A stretch of 64,000 nt of DNA from the human T2T-CHM13v2.0 reference genome, Homo sapiens. The position numbers were made by a program, and so were the translations under genes. Of the stretch, positions 26,900-40,980 are shown piece by piece (position 1 is the stretch's first letter; every line of letters starts with the position of its first letter). The DNA is taken from the NCBI RefSeq assembly GCF_009914755.1, contig NC_060947.1, one strand, 5' to 3'. A model generated the notes under the pieces. It ran no database searches, was not told where the DNA came from, and saw nothing but the letters and a program-made list of their open reading frames with translations.

Positions 26900-27198
26900 T
26901 CAGGATTTTTTTATTATAAAATACTATTCTGGCTGTCCTTGAATGTTAGCCTATACTTTTCCTGAGCCTTTTAGAGCATGCCTTGTGTTACAGTTCTTTG
27001 GGTATTCTGTCTTAGCCTACCTTCCCTTCTGCCTTACCCCACTCCCACTTAGTGGTAAACTCCTTGAGGACAGACTTTATGCCTCAGTCATTTTTTAGTC
27101 TCTCCTCCCCCAAGACGTGGCGCAGTGCCTTGTATTATATTGTAAGCACTCCAGAAATGAGTATTGAACTGAACTCAGCTACAATTTGGGATACAGCA

Positions 27199-27414
27199 TG
27201 GATAGTATCTGACTTACAATGGTTCAACTTACGATTTTTCAACTTTATGATGTAAAAGTGATAGACATTCAGTAGAAACCATACTTCTCTTACCACGCTG
27301 GGCAGCAGTGGTCAGCTGCGGCTCTCAGTGAGTCACAAATTTTTGACTTATGATATTTTCAATTTTCAACGCGCTTATCAGATTGTAACTACATCATAAG
27401 TCAAGGTGTATCTG
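27199..27414 (-). mobile_element. MER47/Tigger5-family MITE, short variant
   Basis: gacttacaatggttcaacttacgatttttc...cataagtcaaggtgtatctg|ta; similar to the element at 58017-58792. Confidence 0.8.
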
Positions 27415-27762
27415 TAGTTGTGTTTCCCATCCCAGGCACCAGCTGACCTGCTGCTGGAGTTGTCATGAAAGGAAGAAGGAAGTAAGGTTTATGGGTTCCT
27501 TCAGCATTCCTGGTATCTTCTGCATCTTAGGATTCCTGAAGCCTGGGGAGTGATGGTAGACAATCACACACTCCACTCCTAATGTATCTGCATAATTTCA
27601 TTCTCTCTTTCTGAAGGGCAAAACAGTCCTTCCATTGACCAAGACCGTTACCTGAGAGAATACTATAAAAGAGATCCCATATATGGATCTTCTGTTAATC
27701 GTTCTATGTACATCAGGTTACATGTCCCATTTACAAACTACAGTTAAGAAAAGGCAGTCTCT

Positions 27763-28189
27763 ATCCAGTCTACCATTGATGGGCATTTAGGTTCATTCCA
27801 TGTCTTTGATATGTGGTACATATACACCATGGAATACTATGCAGCCATAAAAAAGAATGAGATCATCTCCTTTGCAGGAACATGGATGGAGGTAGAGGCC
27901 ATTATCCTTAGCAAACTCACACAGGAACAGAAAACCAAATACTGTATGTTCTCACTTATAAGTGGAAGCTAAATGATGAGAACACATGGACACACAGAGG
28001 GGAACAACAGATACTGGAGCTTACTTGAGGGTGGAGGGTGGAAGGAGGGAGAGGATCAAGACAAATAACTAAAGGGTACTATGCTTAATACCTGGGTAAT
28101 GAAATAATCTGTACAACAAAATCCCATGACATGAGTTTACCCCTATAACAAACCTGCACATGTACCGCTAAACTTAAAAGTTTTTAAAA
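27763..28189 (+). mobile_element. 5'-truncated L1 (L1PA13-15-like) with 5' inversion
   Basis: 27763-27808 antisense L1 followed by sense 3' end; TSD aagaaaaggcagtctct / aagaaaaggcaatctct. Confidence 0.88.
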
Positions 28190-28210
28190 AAGAAAAGGCA
28201 ATCTCTGGAG

Positions 28211-28750
<540 letters not shown>

Positions 28751-28754
28751 CTCT

Positions 28755-28990
28755 AGAGTCAGATCTGCATTCAAAGCCACATCTGCAACTTACTAGGTGT
28801 GCCACTTACTAAGTGTGCCACTTACAAGGTGTATAAAACAGGTCACTTGATCTCTCTCAGACTGTTTCTGCATTGTAAAATGGGGATGATAATGCCCCCC
28901 TTACAGCAAAGTGAGGAAAATTAAATAAGAGATTGTATGTTTAAGGTGTAGCACATGTTGGACACTAAACAAATGTCAATGCCCTTCTAA
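28755..28990 (+). mobile_element. MIR containing a 16-bp tandem triplication
   Basis: acttactaggtgtgcc acttactaagtgtgcc acttacaaggtgt; tgtaaaatggggatgataat. Confidence 0.65.
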
Positions 28991-31429
28991 CCCAATGGGG
29001 GGTTTATATAAATTTGTCTCAAAAATGGAATAAGAACATTTGAGTAGTGTGGCTCCTTCGGCCTCCAGGCTACAGTCTATTTACAGCTTGGAAGATGTTA
29101 GCTTTGCATTCCTCTTCTAACCTACTTTTTCTTAATAACACAAAGCCATTAAAGTAAATCATGAATAAATAATGCGGGAGTAGTCAGTGATTGCTCTTTG
29201 CTTGGATTCTGTTTAGGAGACCATATTCATCACTACCTTGAACTGTCCAACATGAAAGAATCACATTTTCCCCTAACAATGGAAATGTCTCCTCCCAAAT
29301 CTTTCAGGAATGCTCTGTTCCATCTGGGTGCTGTACTATCAGAACACTGCTAGCAGTGATACTACAGCTGGACTAGAGAGAGTATCATTTCTCTCTAAAT
29401 CCATATTTTCGTACACTCATAATGTTCTCTGTGTTTTTTCTGTGGGGCTGACATCTCCCAGGCCTGGTAAAGGGTGAATTATTCGAGAAAAGTCTGAACT
29501 AAATCTGTTAAGGTGTTTGTGTTCCGTGAGCAGAAAAGCAAAATACATATTTCCAACTTCAAGAAGAAGAACACTTCAGGACTTTTTTCCCTTGTCCAAT
29601 TTAAGGCTTGGGAAACACAGCAAAATCACATTCCTCATTGAAAACAAAGTTCAAAAAAATGTTGATTTGATAGAACAGTTCAAAGTGACAGATGGTAGAT
29701 GGGTGATCTATCATTTTCCTTAGAATAAAGTCTGTCTGGCAGTCTTCAGAGGAACTGAGAAGAGAAAGCCTTATTTTGTTGTAGTTTAGCCCTGGGAACA
29801 GTTACAGCAGCTACCCTTTCTCTCCACATCTTTTGGGGTAGGGGATTGGAAAGATGGTGATTCATCAGTGTCTGCTTTGAGCTGGCTCTAGGCCATGCTG
29901 TAATTCCTGTTGACCAATTTTCCACCTGAGTGACAGGAAAAGGGCAGGTTCCTAGCACACTGACCATTAGGTTATCTGTTGAGTACTTCCCTGAGAATGT
30001 GCCCAGAGGTACTCTATTATGGTTGTCTCTGTCTAAATAAAATAAATAATTGCAGATTTCAGAGCCTGAGGACAGAGAGTTGTTCTAGTATTGAAATTGG
30101 AGTCTATCTTGTCAGATCTGTAATGAGGTCTTCCCTTCAGGCTGATTGATTTCATAAAACTGAGGCAATTATCAAAAGCAAGCACAGTTCTCCCTGCAGA
30201 AACCACTTCACTGGTTTTGAAAACTAGCTTGTCAGCCAGATCTGGTCAGGAGCCTAGGCTGAGCCAGCTCTTTAAGTAGGAACAGTTACTACACACAGAG
30301 AACACCAATTTCTGCTAATAGATTATTAAGATGCCAGTAAATAAGTTGTAAACAAGGTTCAGCAAAATAATTTCACATGCTGTGAGTGAATGAAAATTGA
30401 AGTTGCTGTCAAATAAATCTGCATTTCAGTGTAAGATGTTTTGAAGGAGAAAGTGAGAGCTGGTCTTTTGGTCTTTGGAGAGTTAATTTTATCAGTTAAT
30501 GCTAGAAGGATACTGGTATCCTTTAAGACTGATGCACCGCATGAATAACATTTGTATCTTTGCTTTGCCCAAAATGTACACACCAATTTCACCAGATTTC
30601 CTTTCTTTGTTTATTCAGCCTTCATTAACTATTTATCCAATCACTATGCTACAATTTTAATTATCTTCTAATTAACCAATGATGAGTTTGTGGTTTAGCA
30701 TTCCCTAAAGATAGAACCACATAAATATGGTCAATCTTCATTTACATATTCAAAATTTTTATCCTCCCTCCTGGCTCCCACCCTATTAATTTTGCTATAC
30801 TGCGTCACTAATGTTCTGGAATTATGCTTTCTGCATTCCTAATCTTTTAGCCCCATTTGGGCTAGTTTTTCAAGAATGTATGAGAAATAACCCTCGCTGT
30901 TGGCTATGAAATTAAACACACAGGAGAAAACAGAGCTTCCTGTAATATGCTAATGCATCCTTAAAGATCCATACTTTTCCTATAACAATTTCTCCTAGGA
31001 GTATCAATACAAGGTGTTGACAACTGATTAACTCCTTTAGAGAAGTCCCTGCCTAAGCTGAAGTCAAACCTACCACTAGGAAAACCAGAATCTGCTCCTT
31101 GAGAAGACAGCATGACTGTAAAGTAAAAAGCCTGCAAAAAAATCACTAATCTGTGTCTGAAACAACTCCTACCATTGCTGTTGTATAAAAAAAAAGTAGG
31201 ATCTTAATTTTGCTACAGTCTGGATTTTAATTGAGGTATTCAATACATATGGGAATAAACAAACCAATAAATTAATATTGACTGATAGTCTCTCTCTTTA
31301 TTTGTCCAATTCATTCAAACAATTCTGGGTGCCTTGACAGTATGTAAGGCTTGAGAATTTTAGGATTTAATATGATAGTTTTTTTTCCTCAAGAAGACAA
31401 CAAAAGAAAGAAAGGCAGATACATACAAA

Positions 31430-32065
31430 GAAAATCTGGCCCAAATTACTGTACCAGCTTCATCTCTTGCCAATTCCCCTAAGTACCCTTTGCTTCATTC
31501 ATGCCAAAATTCTCAAAATTCCTCAAACATGCTAAGCCCTGTCATGTCTATGTGCTTCTGCACATACCATCTCCTCTGCTTGACATATAACTTTTCCTTT
31601 TTCCACCTGGAGAACTTTTATTCATCCTTCAAAACTCGGCTCAAATGTCACCTCTTCAGTGAAGTTTTACCTAACCCCCAAAAGCTCTCTCCACAGGAGT
31701 ACACAGAGCCTTATCAGACGACTTATTGTAGGATCTTAGAGTTCATTCTAATATGTGTGTGTGTGTGTATGTGTGTGTTCTGGGTGGGGGGCTGTCACCA
31801 TCTGATTTGTGCCTTAGAAAGACCACTCCTATGGCATGATGAAGGATGCACTGAAGGTGAGAAGACACCAGAGGCAGAGAGACCAGTTAGAAGAAAACCA
31901 TAATGATACAATGGAGAGATGACAGTCGCATGAACTCAGACAGTGGCAGTGGGATGAAAAAAAATGAATGGATTTCAGAGATATTCAGGAAATATAATCA
32001 TCTGGATTTCATGTATAATTGGATCTGGGAGTTGAGGAGAAGAGAGGAGTCTGAGATGACTCCAT
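31430..32065. mobile_element. L2 fragments flanking a (TG)n tract (31753-31778)
   Basis: tcatccttcaaaactcggctcaaatgtcacctc; ggcagagagaccagttagaag...ggagtctgagatgactcc. Confidence 0.6.
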
Positions 32066-33743
32066 GAAAAAATTCTTAAGCCACAGTCCTGAAAATCCTG
32101 CAACATTTGTGGGTTTCAGTATGAGAAAAAGCACAGTCCAATAGAAGCATATCCATAAATCCATGCTCAAAAATAAAACTGCTTCCAATCTCTATTTACC
32201 ATGGCATAAAGGCTGCCAGGAAACAGCAGTAAATGGCTTACACTTGACCTTTACTAGGTATTCTTAACAAAGCTTGTCAAAAGATATTAATTCATTCAGA
32301 AAAAAAGTATAATTGTCTAAGAGGCAGAATAACATAGTATTGGGATAAAGATGGGGAAAAGCATTTTCATAATAGGTCTCAGACTTGGTTTATTTTGTCT
32401 ATAGCATTCACTGACAAAAGACAAAAGTATTTTTGAAGGTCAGAAACACTTAATAGATTCCTTTGCTTTCTCCTTTCATCCTTCTCCCTTCCCTCCTCCC
32501 AAACAACTCCTTAAAATTTTATTAGAAAATCTTAACATTTTAATAACAGTATTCTTTTTGTTATTATAGTCTGTTGGATTAAGTTAACAATTCTCCCTTT
32601 AACAATACTCAAAGAAAGCCTGGAAAAATTAATGCTATGTTGTTTTTCTCCCTGCCAAAGAATATAGCAATGTAATTGTCTCCTGGAGAAGAAGCACTCT
32701 AATCATCTTTAACTTTAAAGTAAATTCATTTCAGGAAGATGCTCTGTGACAAACAATTGACAGAGCAAATCAGGGCTCCTAGAAGATTGCAAAGTGATGG
32801 ATTGAGTTGAAGAGAGTGCCACAGCTGAATTCATGAACATTTTCAACTTAAGAGTGTCTCTGCAACAAAACAGCACTGTATGAGAGTTAAAATCATGTTA
32901 CATTACATTGTGGGAGGTAGGACTTAAACACTGCACAGATTCTTAACACCTAAGAGTTCTAGGCACTCCAGAGGCAGGAAAAGTATAAGCCAATTTCTCT
33001 GATTAAAAAATAGAGAAACCATTGTACCAGGCAAAGTCAGACTGTAAAAGCATAGTAACTTTCCAAAAAATGCCTTAAAGAAGTTGAGATCAGAAAAGAC
33101 CAAAACACTCTCTCAATCCAATTGATGTCACTAGGATCTTGGAATGGGTCTCAATGCCAAGGTATTACTCTTATTTGGAAGATCATTTCCACTTTCATTC
33201 CCTTCCTAATTGAATCTGTCTCCATCTTCCATTGTGTTTGTTCCATTATTATTTTTTAGACCCTCCCGCCCCGCCCTGACATTAGGCTTGGGGAAACTTA
33301 TCCTTTGGAGAAGATTTGGATTAGTAAATTTACAGGCTTGACAAATTTACAGGCTCAGAATTTCCTGGAAATTGGCCACTTGCCTGAGATGATGGGGGAA
33401 GGAGAAAATGGAAGAGCAGGTGAACTAAGGCTCTTGAAAACTTGACCGAGCAGCTTGGCCTCCTGAGCAGATGCAATGATGACCATATAGCAGCAGTGCA
33501 GAAAAGCAATTCTACTTAAAGGTCCTTTCTTTGGGCTTTTAAAAGGCAATTGTTTTCTTTGGCACACATGTGACCCAAATCTGGTTTTCTCCAAAGTAAA
33601 CAGAGGCAAAAAAAGGGCTCCCATGTTCTGTGTGTGTGTGTTGTTGTTGTTGTTTTTTAATCAGCCTACTTGCTTGCCCCAACCCAGGGCCCAACATAAT
33701 ATATTTGTCAGGAGTGGCCCTGGAGGAGATCAAGACTTTAAGG

Positions 33744-34108
33744 CAGTGTGTCTTATCCCTGGCTACATATTAAATTCAACTGGAGCACTGAGAAAAAAAA
33801 AGACAAAAACAAAACAAACAGAAAACAATGCCTGGACTCTACCACCAGAAATTCTCATTAAATTGGTCAGGGTGGAACCTAAGCATCTAGTTTTTAAAAG
33901 CCACCAGGTGGCCAGGCATGGTGGCTCACGCCTGTGATACCAGCACTTTGGGAAGCCACAGCAAGATGATCCCTTGAGTCCAGGACTTCCAGACTGGCCT
34001 GGGCAACATAGCAAGACGTCCATCTCTACAAAAAGTAAAAAACAAACAAACAAAAATTTAAAAAGCTACCAGGTGATTCTAATGTGCAGCCAGAATTGAG
34101 AAACACAG
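33744..34108. mobile_element. MER5A-type hAT MITE split by an Alu monomer
   Basis: ccctggctacatattaaattcaactggag...ccaggtgattctaatgtgcagccag. Confidence 0.75.
33910..34059 (+). mobile_element. Alu left monomer (FLAM-C/AluJ-like)
   Basis: ggccaggcatggtggctcacgcctg...ctctacaaaaa; TSD aaaagccaccaggt / aaaagctaccaggt. Confidence 0.88.
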
Positions 34109-34763
34109 TTCTAAATAGTTTTCTAATTTAAAGCCAGAAAATGAGTATTCGCTGTCCAAAGTTTATTTTTATTTTTTAAAGTTCAAACCAGGTAACACTT
34201 AGAAGGTAAGTTAATTAACTCTGTACCTACAATCTGTAGGGAAAGGTATTGGTTGTGTGGTATAAGTACGTTAGACTTAAACTTGTCCAATTTATGATAC
34301 TTTTATGAAAAATGAGATTCTCTTTTGGAAAGAAAGATTAGAAGGGTTACTGGAAAAACAAAAAGAACTGAAATATTGGAAACAAATTTAGACAAAGTAT
34401 AATTACAGGATTAAGTTCCTTACCTTAGTTCTAGAAGAACCAGATAAAATACTTCAGAAATATTGTGTCTGTTTTCTTATTAATTTCCAGGAGAAAGGTT
34501 CCAAACTGCCCTTGGGGACTGGCTTTGAATCTCATAACCCTTGGGACTCCAGGCCACTCACCCCTGTCCTCAAGTAATCATTCATTTATACCAATATGTG
34601 TACAATGTCATGAAGAATACCGGAAAGCACTGCAACTATAACACCATTGGATAAAAATCACACTGAATGTGGTTTGCCGATGTCACCTGTCACCTCAGTA
34701 ATTCCATTGAACTTTAGAAAGGATCTGGTAAAATATAAAAAATGCAAAGGCACAGTTAAGTGC

Positions 34764-35313
34764 TGTGATGGTTAATATTGAGTGTCAACTTGAATAGATT
34801 GAAGGATACAAAGTATTGTTCCTGGGTGTGTCTGTAAGGGCGATGCCAAAGGAGATTAACATTTGAGTTAGTGGACTGGGAGAGGCAGACCCACCCTTGA
34901 TCTTGGTGGGTGCCATCTAATCAGCTGCTAGTGCACCTAGAATTAAGCAGGCAAAAGAACATGGAAGGACTAGACTGGCTGAGTCTTCTGGTCTTTATCT
35001 TTCTCCTGTACTGGATGCTTCCTGTCCTTGAACATCAGACTCCAAGTTCTTCAGCTTTTAAACTCTTGGACTTATATCAGTGGTTTGCCAGGAGCTCTCA
35101 GGCCTTTGGCCACAGACTGAAGGCTGCACTGTTGACTTCCCTAACTTTTGAGGTTTTGGGACTCAGAGTGGCTTCCCTGCTCCTCAGCTTGCAGACGGCC
35201 CATTGTGGGACTTCACCTTGTAATCATGTGAGTCCATACTCCTTAATAAACTCCCCTTTATATATACATCTACCCTATTAGTTCTGTCCCTTTAGAGAAC
35301 CCTGACTAATACA
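34764..35313 (+). mobile_element. ERVL solo LTR (MLT2A-like), 550 bp, inserted in a MIR-type element
   Basis: tgtgatggttaatattgagtgtcaacttg...aataaactcccc...gagaaccctgactaataca; TSD agtgc/agtgt. Confidence 0.92.
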
Positions 35314-38300
35314 AGTGTAGTGGAAGAACAGGCCATAAAGATGCAGGCTGTGGTCTCTGCTCTTCCATCAACTCATAGGGTAACCTTGGGTGAGTAATTC
35401 TTTGTCAGTTTCCTCAGCTGAAAAATGAGTTGAAACATGTGATCTGCCAGCTCTGAATTTAAGATAAAGAAAGAAAAGCTTAGATGGAAGACATCCATAA
35501 AAGCATGAAATAAAACTCAGTAATTAATAGGGGCAGAAAAGGAGAGCAGGGAGAACAGGGAGAGCCCTGGAAGGATGCTTTCCTAGTACCACCTACACAA
35601 AACTTATTTAGCAGGCAGTAAATGATTTAATAGTAGTACAGTTAAGGCACCCCCCCAAAAAATTAAAGTACTTCTGATGCTGCTCAAAAAAAAAGCCTTT
35701 TTAAGAATTTTGCTAATTATAAACCAGAACATGTAAGGAAGCACAGAACAGTTTTTTTTTAATGATGTTTAAATACCAATATATCTTCTAAGTAACTTGC
35801 CATCAATTAATATTATTTACGGAACAAGCATTATGAAACTCAGAAGAAGAGTCTAACGCTGAAATGCTAAAAGTATGCCCAGTATGGTAGGAATAAATTA
35901 CCCTAATTGACCAAAGCTACGCTCACATGTGAGACATTTCAAAACACACTGACATAATGACAAAAATTCCTGTCTCTCTCTGCCAATGTTATAGGAATTG
36001 TTATTAAAGCCAAGCATGGTAGTTGTGTACACATAAAAGCAAGCAAAAATTATAATCTAGAGGTTTTTAAATTTAATCTTTTTTATTTATTAGTATTGTT
36101 ATACAGCAATGAGTAGTCAAAAAAAAAAAAAAAACTAATCAGCGTGCATTATGCAACAATCAGAGAAAATACTCCTAATCCTCTGTCATTCTTTTTCCTT
36201 GGCCCCTGGGTACTCATTAAAGGTTAATTTATTTAAATCTCTTCAACATTCATTTCAATCTACTTTAATAAACTAATGAATCTTTGGAACTTTGCCTAAT
36301 CAGCTTATGTTTTCTATTTTAATACATCTACAAAATGTCTTTTTTTTTAAGCTCCTTCTTAATAATTGTCTTCCCTTTTGGAGATAGAATTGTGCTTCAG
36401 TGACAACCTGATTTGTACATTTGGTGACACATTTACAACCTCATCCAGCACACAGGGAATAGCTGTGGCTTGCTTATTGTTCTTAAACATAGTTACATTT
36501 TAGAGGATAGTGAATTGATTTGTGTTTAGTAGGATAATAATCCTCCAAATTGAAATGGTCATTTTACAATTTAGTAAGAGTGACAATTACAGTAAAGCAA
36601 AGCTTCTAATAACTTTGGTGCTTGTCAAATGCTATGAGGGTCTATCAATGAAACAACTCCATTCTGGTTATTGTAAACCAGAGCAATGTATAGTATATAC
36701 CATTTGGATTGGCAAATATAAGTGAAGTCTGGAGATGTCTTCAAATGAATAGTACAATCAAAATGGCGTATAAAATGGTTCCTTACAATCTATCCAATCA
36801 CTATGTTCAACACATTTTGTTTAATGGCAACTTTGAGGAATCTTTCACATAACTATCTTTAAGTTGAATATTCTTACGGTGGTGGCCAATGGTCAGGGAC
36901 TGCACGCCACCCTCTACACCAGAATGCCAGAAACCAAAGTCTTGGCGTGCTAGCACATTATTTCTAACTACTGCCTTAACAATATCTGACATCATCCTAG
37001 AATAACACGGCTTAGCAAGTGCTTCCACAATATCCTTATGGTGGGGGAAGGGGGAAGGTATTAATGTTGTTGGCTTGTAAATAAGGAAATTGCAGCTCAG
37101 AGAAGCTTCTGTATTTCCAAAAGGTTATAATGTCAATATGTGGAGGAGCTGGAATCCAGATTTTTGGGCTACAAATCTTTCCTCCTGTACCATGTTGCCT
37201 GCAGAGTTGTGTTCGGATAAATGTTTTTACTGATCCATGGCTCACCACTGATTAAAGAAAAAGTGTAAATGTTACCTTTAAGATGTCCTGATGAGGAACA
37301 AATAAAATTAATTAAAAATATATTATGACAAATTATTCAATATAACATAACTTCATAATACCGTAATTCATTTGGAGCATAACTTTACACAAAAGAGATG
37401 AAATTCTTAATTTTCAGTTTTATTTTCTATACAAATTAATAAAAATAATAAACTTATTCCTCACCCATGATCTGAATTTCGGGTAAATTTCTAATGGAAG
37501 TAGATACATTGTCAAATGTTTTCAAGTTATCACCTCCGATTTTCCAAATAGAAACTCCAAGAATTACCTTTCAGATTTCATTGTTCATTCATTACACATC
37601 TCTCTACCCATTCATTCATTCATTCATCCAATCATCCAAATGACATTTACGGAATGTCTACTTTGAGGCAAGCAAAAAGTCAAAGGTAGACTCTACCTGA
37701 AGCTCTTGCTGCTGCTTTACTTCCCTAGACTATGAACTCCTTGAAGACAGGGGATCCTGTTATTCTACACAGAATATAATCAGTTCTATTTGCAGAAAAT
37801 CACTTAAATACTTTTTTGACAGTGAGATTTCTGGCTCCCCCTGCCGCCCACATGCCCCTCCAGACATATGGGAGTTAGAGGAAGAAATAGCAGAGTCTGC
37901 TTATCAAGTCTGACCTTTGGATAATGACTATAGTTCTCCCATCTGAGCTTGCTGCTGTTCTGCCTTGTGGTCAACAAAATGATTTGGCTCAAAATGGCAA
38001 TTCATCTGTTGCTGCTTCCCAGATATCCTCTAGCAAGCCACATTATTTTTTTTAAAATGGTTGCTTCTGCCCTTCGGCATAGAGGTGAACTGTATCACCA
38101 AATATATTGTCTTGCTTGATACAGTGAGAAGCTGGGGTTTACAGAAAAGATGCAGATAAACATGAAGCAGCCGCGAAAGAAGAAACATTCGTTTAGTGCT
38201 ATGACTAAACAAATGCTTGACTTTATTATTTTAACAACAATAATTTATATTCAGAGACTGCTATTATCCTTTCAACTTTGCTTCACATCCACCTCACAGC

Positions 38301-40636
38301 TACTTTGTGAGGTGACCAGAGAAGGCATTATTACAAAGTTAAAATACGGAATTCTAAAGCTCAGAGACGCTAAAGTGACTTGTTTAAAGTTCCACAGCAA
38401 GCCAGTGGCAGAGTTTGGTCTCCCAACTAACACTCCAGGGATCAGGCTTCTCTATTAGGGGTCCTAGTCAACAGGAGAGTTGCATTTTTAATAATTACTA
38501 GGAGCCATGAAGAACTAATCCATTGTTTCAGTTTGTACTATTGCCTAGTTAATTATTTAGAAATGATTTATTAAAAACAAGAAGTGAGGAAACCATCATG
38601 CTAAGCAGGCAATTCTGGACAAGAGACTTCTTTCAAGCAAACTGAACATTGATTAAGCTCAAAAAGTTAGTATTTAAATAAACAAAGGCAATGGTAAAAA
38701 TATTTTGTCTGTATTAGAATTCCTTGTAGTTATGCAAGGATGAAGCCCGTTATGCCATGATACATTTTTTATTCACAAATAATGAAGGCATGAATGAGTA
38801 TTACTTATGGAACATTTCTGCAGTTTCTAGACTCCTTCTAAAATGTAAGAATATGGGCTTTATGCATATTTGGTGCAAAATATTTGTTGGATCATGTAAT
38901 ATTTTTAAAAGTGAATAATTTATAAAATCATAGAGGGTCTTCTGATTTTTATTATCATTTAATATTTAATTCTACAAAACAGAATTAAATACTTTGTTTT
39001 GAAAATAGTTTATTAAACACAGTTGCATTTCTTCATCTTTCTAGGCCTCATCTTCAAGATTATGTGGGATTTTATTAACTGATTTTTCTAAGCCTCTGGC
39101 TTCTTTCTTCCTCACTGTAAGTAAACCACAGGCTATATTACACACATATATTTTGTTAAAATACATGTTACTTCCATTGCTTCCTGGACCACCACAAAAG
39201 AGAGCCCTTAGTGATCCAAGTCAATTCACCCATATTTAAAACCTTTTACATTTCAAAAACATGTATTATAACATGATTAGATCTGTACTTTACAAATAAG
39301 CCAGAAAGTGACATATGTGGCTTAATTACCAACCCCAAATAATTAGTGTTGGAGCAAGAAAATGAATTAAATGGAACACAGCCCAGTCATCCTAGCAAAA
39401 GGGATTACAGATAGGAGCTGGAATAACTTTGGGAGAAGCCAAACATATATAAGAAGGTTAATGAATTAAAAAGTTGTTATAGGTAATTCAAAAGAAAAAG
39501 AAAAATGCTGACTACTACCAAAAAATTCCACAGCATATTACTGAAACTGCCACATCAAATACTTTAACATACCCCTCCCTAGGGACGGATAGAAGTTTGC
39601 TTGGTATAGTGTATTTTCTAGCATAACATTGTGATAAAAGGATCTGAAAATAAAAAGAAATGAATTGTATTTTTTTCCAAAAGCTATACAATGAATTCAC
39701 CTTTTCACAGAGGATAGAGATCATGAAGAAAAGTGAAATTCATATGGACCCCAAACCTCTCATTTTGGCCCATAGTTTCTGCCTCCTTCCCCATCAGAAT
39801 CTCCACCAGAGCACTAACAGGTAGCAAAATTGGCTGATAGAAGCATCATTCTCCTATTCCTTCCCTGCCCACCCTCTGGTAAAAGAATTAATGAGCAGTA
39901 AAATTACCAAAAGTGAGGCAGCAGAATGGAGAATAAAGAATACCAAGGGTATGGATAACCTACAAACCAGATAATGAGCTCCTGAATAATCAAGACTTGA
40001 CTTAAACCTCAAACCTCTAACCTTCTGGCTTAGACCCATCATTCTATACTTATATTTAGTGTCTTAAACACAGAACTGCCACAGAATTGCAGTTTGTCTC
40101 TAAGTCCTTGTTTATAGGAAATGGGGGGCAAGAAGTGATGTCTAAACTTTGGCACTTTGAACACTGTTAGTAGCCTCTCTTGACACTCCATTATTTCCCT
40201 CGTCTTGGGCACCCAAAGATGTTATTAACCTTTGTAGGAGTCCTGAACATTATAAGAGGTAGTTGACAATTGCACTAGTATCTCTTCTTCCCTCTCAATG
40301 CAGATACCAGCCTTCAGCTGTTCCATCACATTCACCTAAAAGGCTTCTCTTTGGTTTTTCTTTAAAACTTTCTTCCTTCTCTTCCTTCCCATTACTTAAT
40401 GTAGTGGGGCCACTGCACAAAAATACTCTTTGTCCCCTACCACTAAAAAGGTGATCCTACTTTTAGAATTCACGTCAATTTTTCACAAGCTTCCTGTTAT
40501 AACTATTTTATCCAGATCCAGATACATTTCTCAACTCAATTTTCTGAATCCTGGTATCTTCCTTGGTGCATAAGCCATTAATATCTCAATTCGCAGAGAT
40601 CTCACACTTCCTGGTAAAACTTTGCCCATTCCACTT

Positions 40637-40980
40637 AACTATGGTCTGAATGCTTGTGTTCCCTGTTACCCAAAATTCATAGGTTGAAACCTAATCCCCA
40701 AGGGTGATGTTAGTAAGACATGGGGTGTTTGAGGGGTGATTAGGTTGACATCCCACATGAATGGGATTAGTGTCCTTATGAAAGGGGCCTGAGGGAGTTT
40801 GTCCCTTCCACCATATGAGGACACATACAAGGTACCATACATGAGGCAGAAAGCCCTCACCAGATGCCAGATCTGCTGGCACTTTCATCTTGGACTTCTC
40901 AGCTTCTAAACTGTATGCAATAAATTTCTGTTTATAAACTACTCAGTATTTTGTTATAGCAGCCCGAACAGACTAAAACA
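40637..40980 (+). mobile_element. MaLR solo LTR (MLT1A-like)
   Basis: ctatggtctgaatgcttgtgttccc...gccctcaccagatgccagatctgctggc...gttatagcagcccgaacagactaaaaca. Confidence 0.88.

Noticed and set aside
34910-35281. 123-aa ORF
   Set aside because: Lies entirely within the MLT2A LTR.
39045-39116. 72-nt plus-strand pseudo-exon (tctttctag|...ACT|gtaagt)
   Set aside because: Weak exonic donor positions, antisense to the host gene, no other support.
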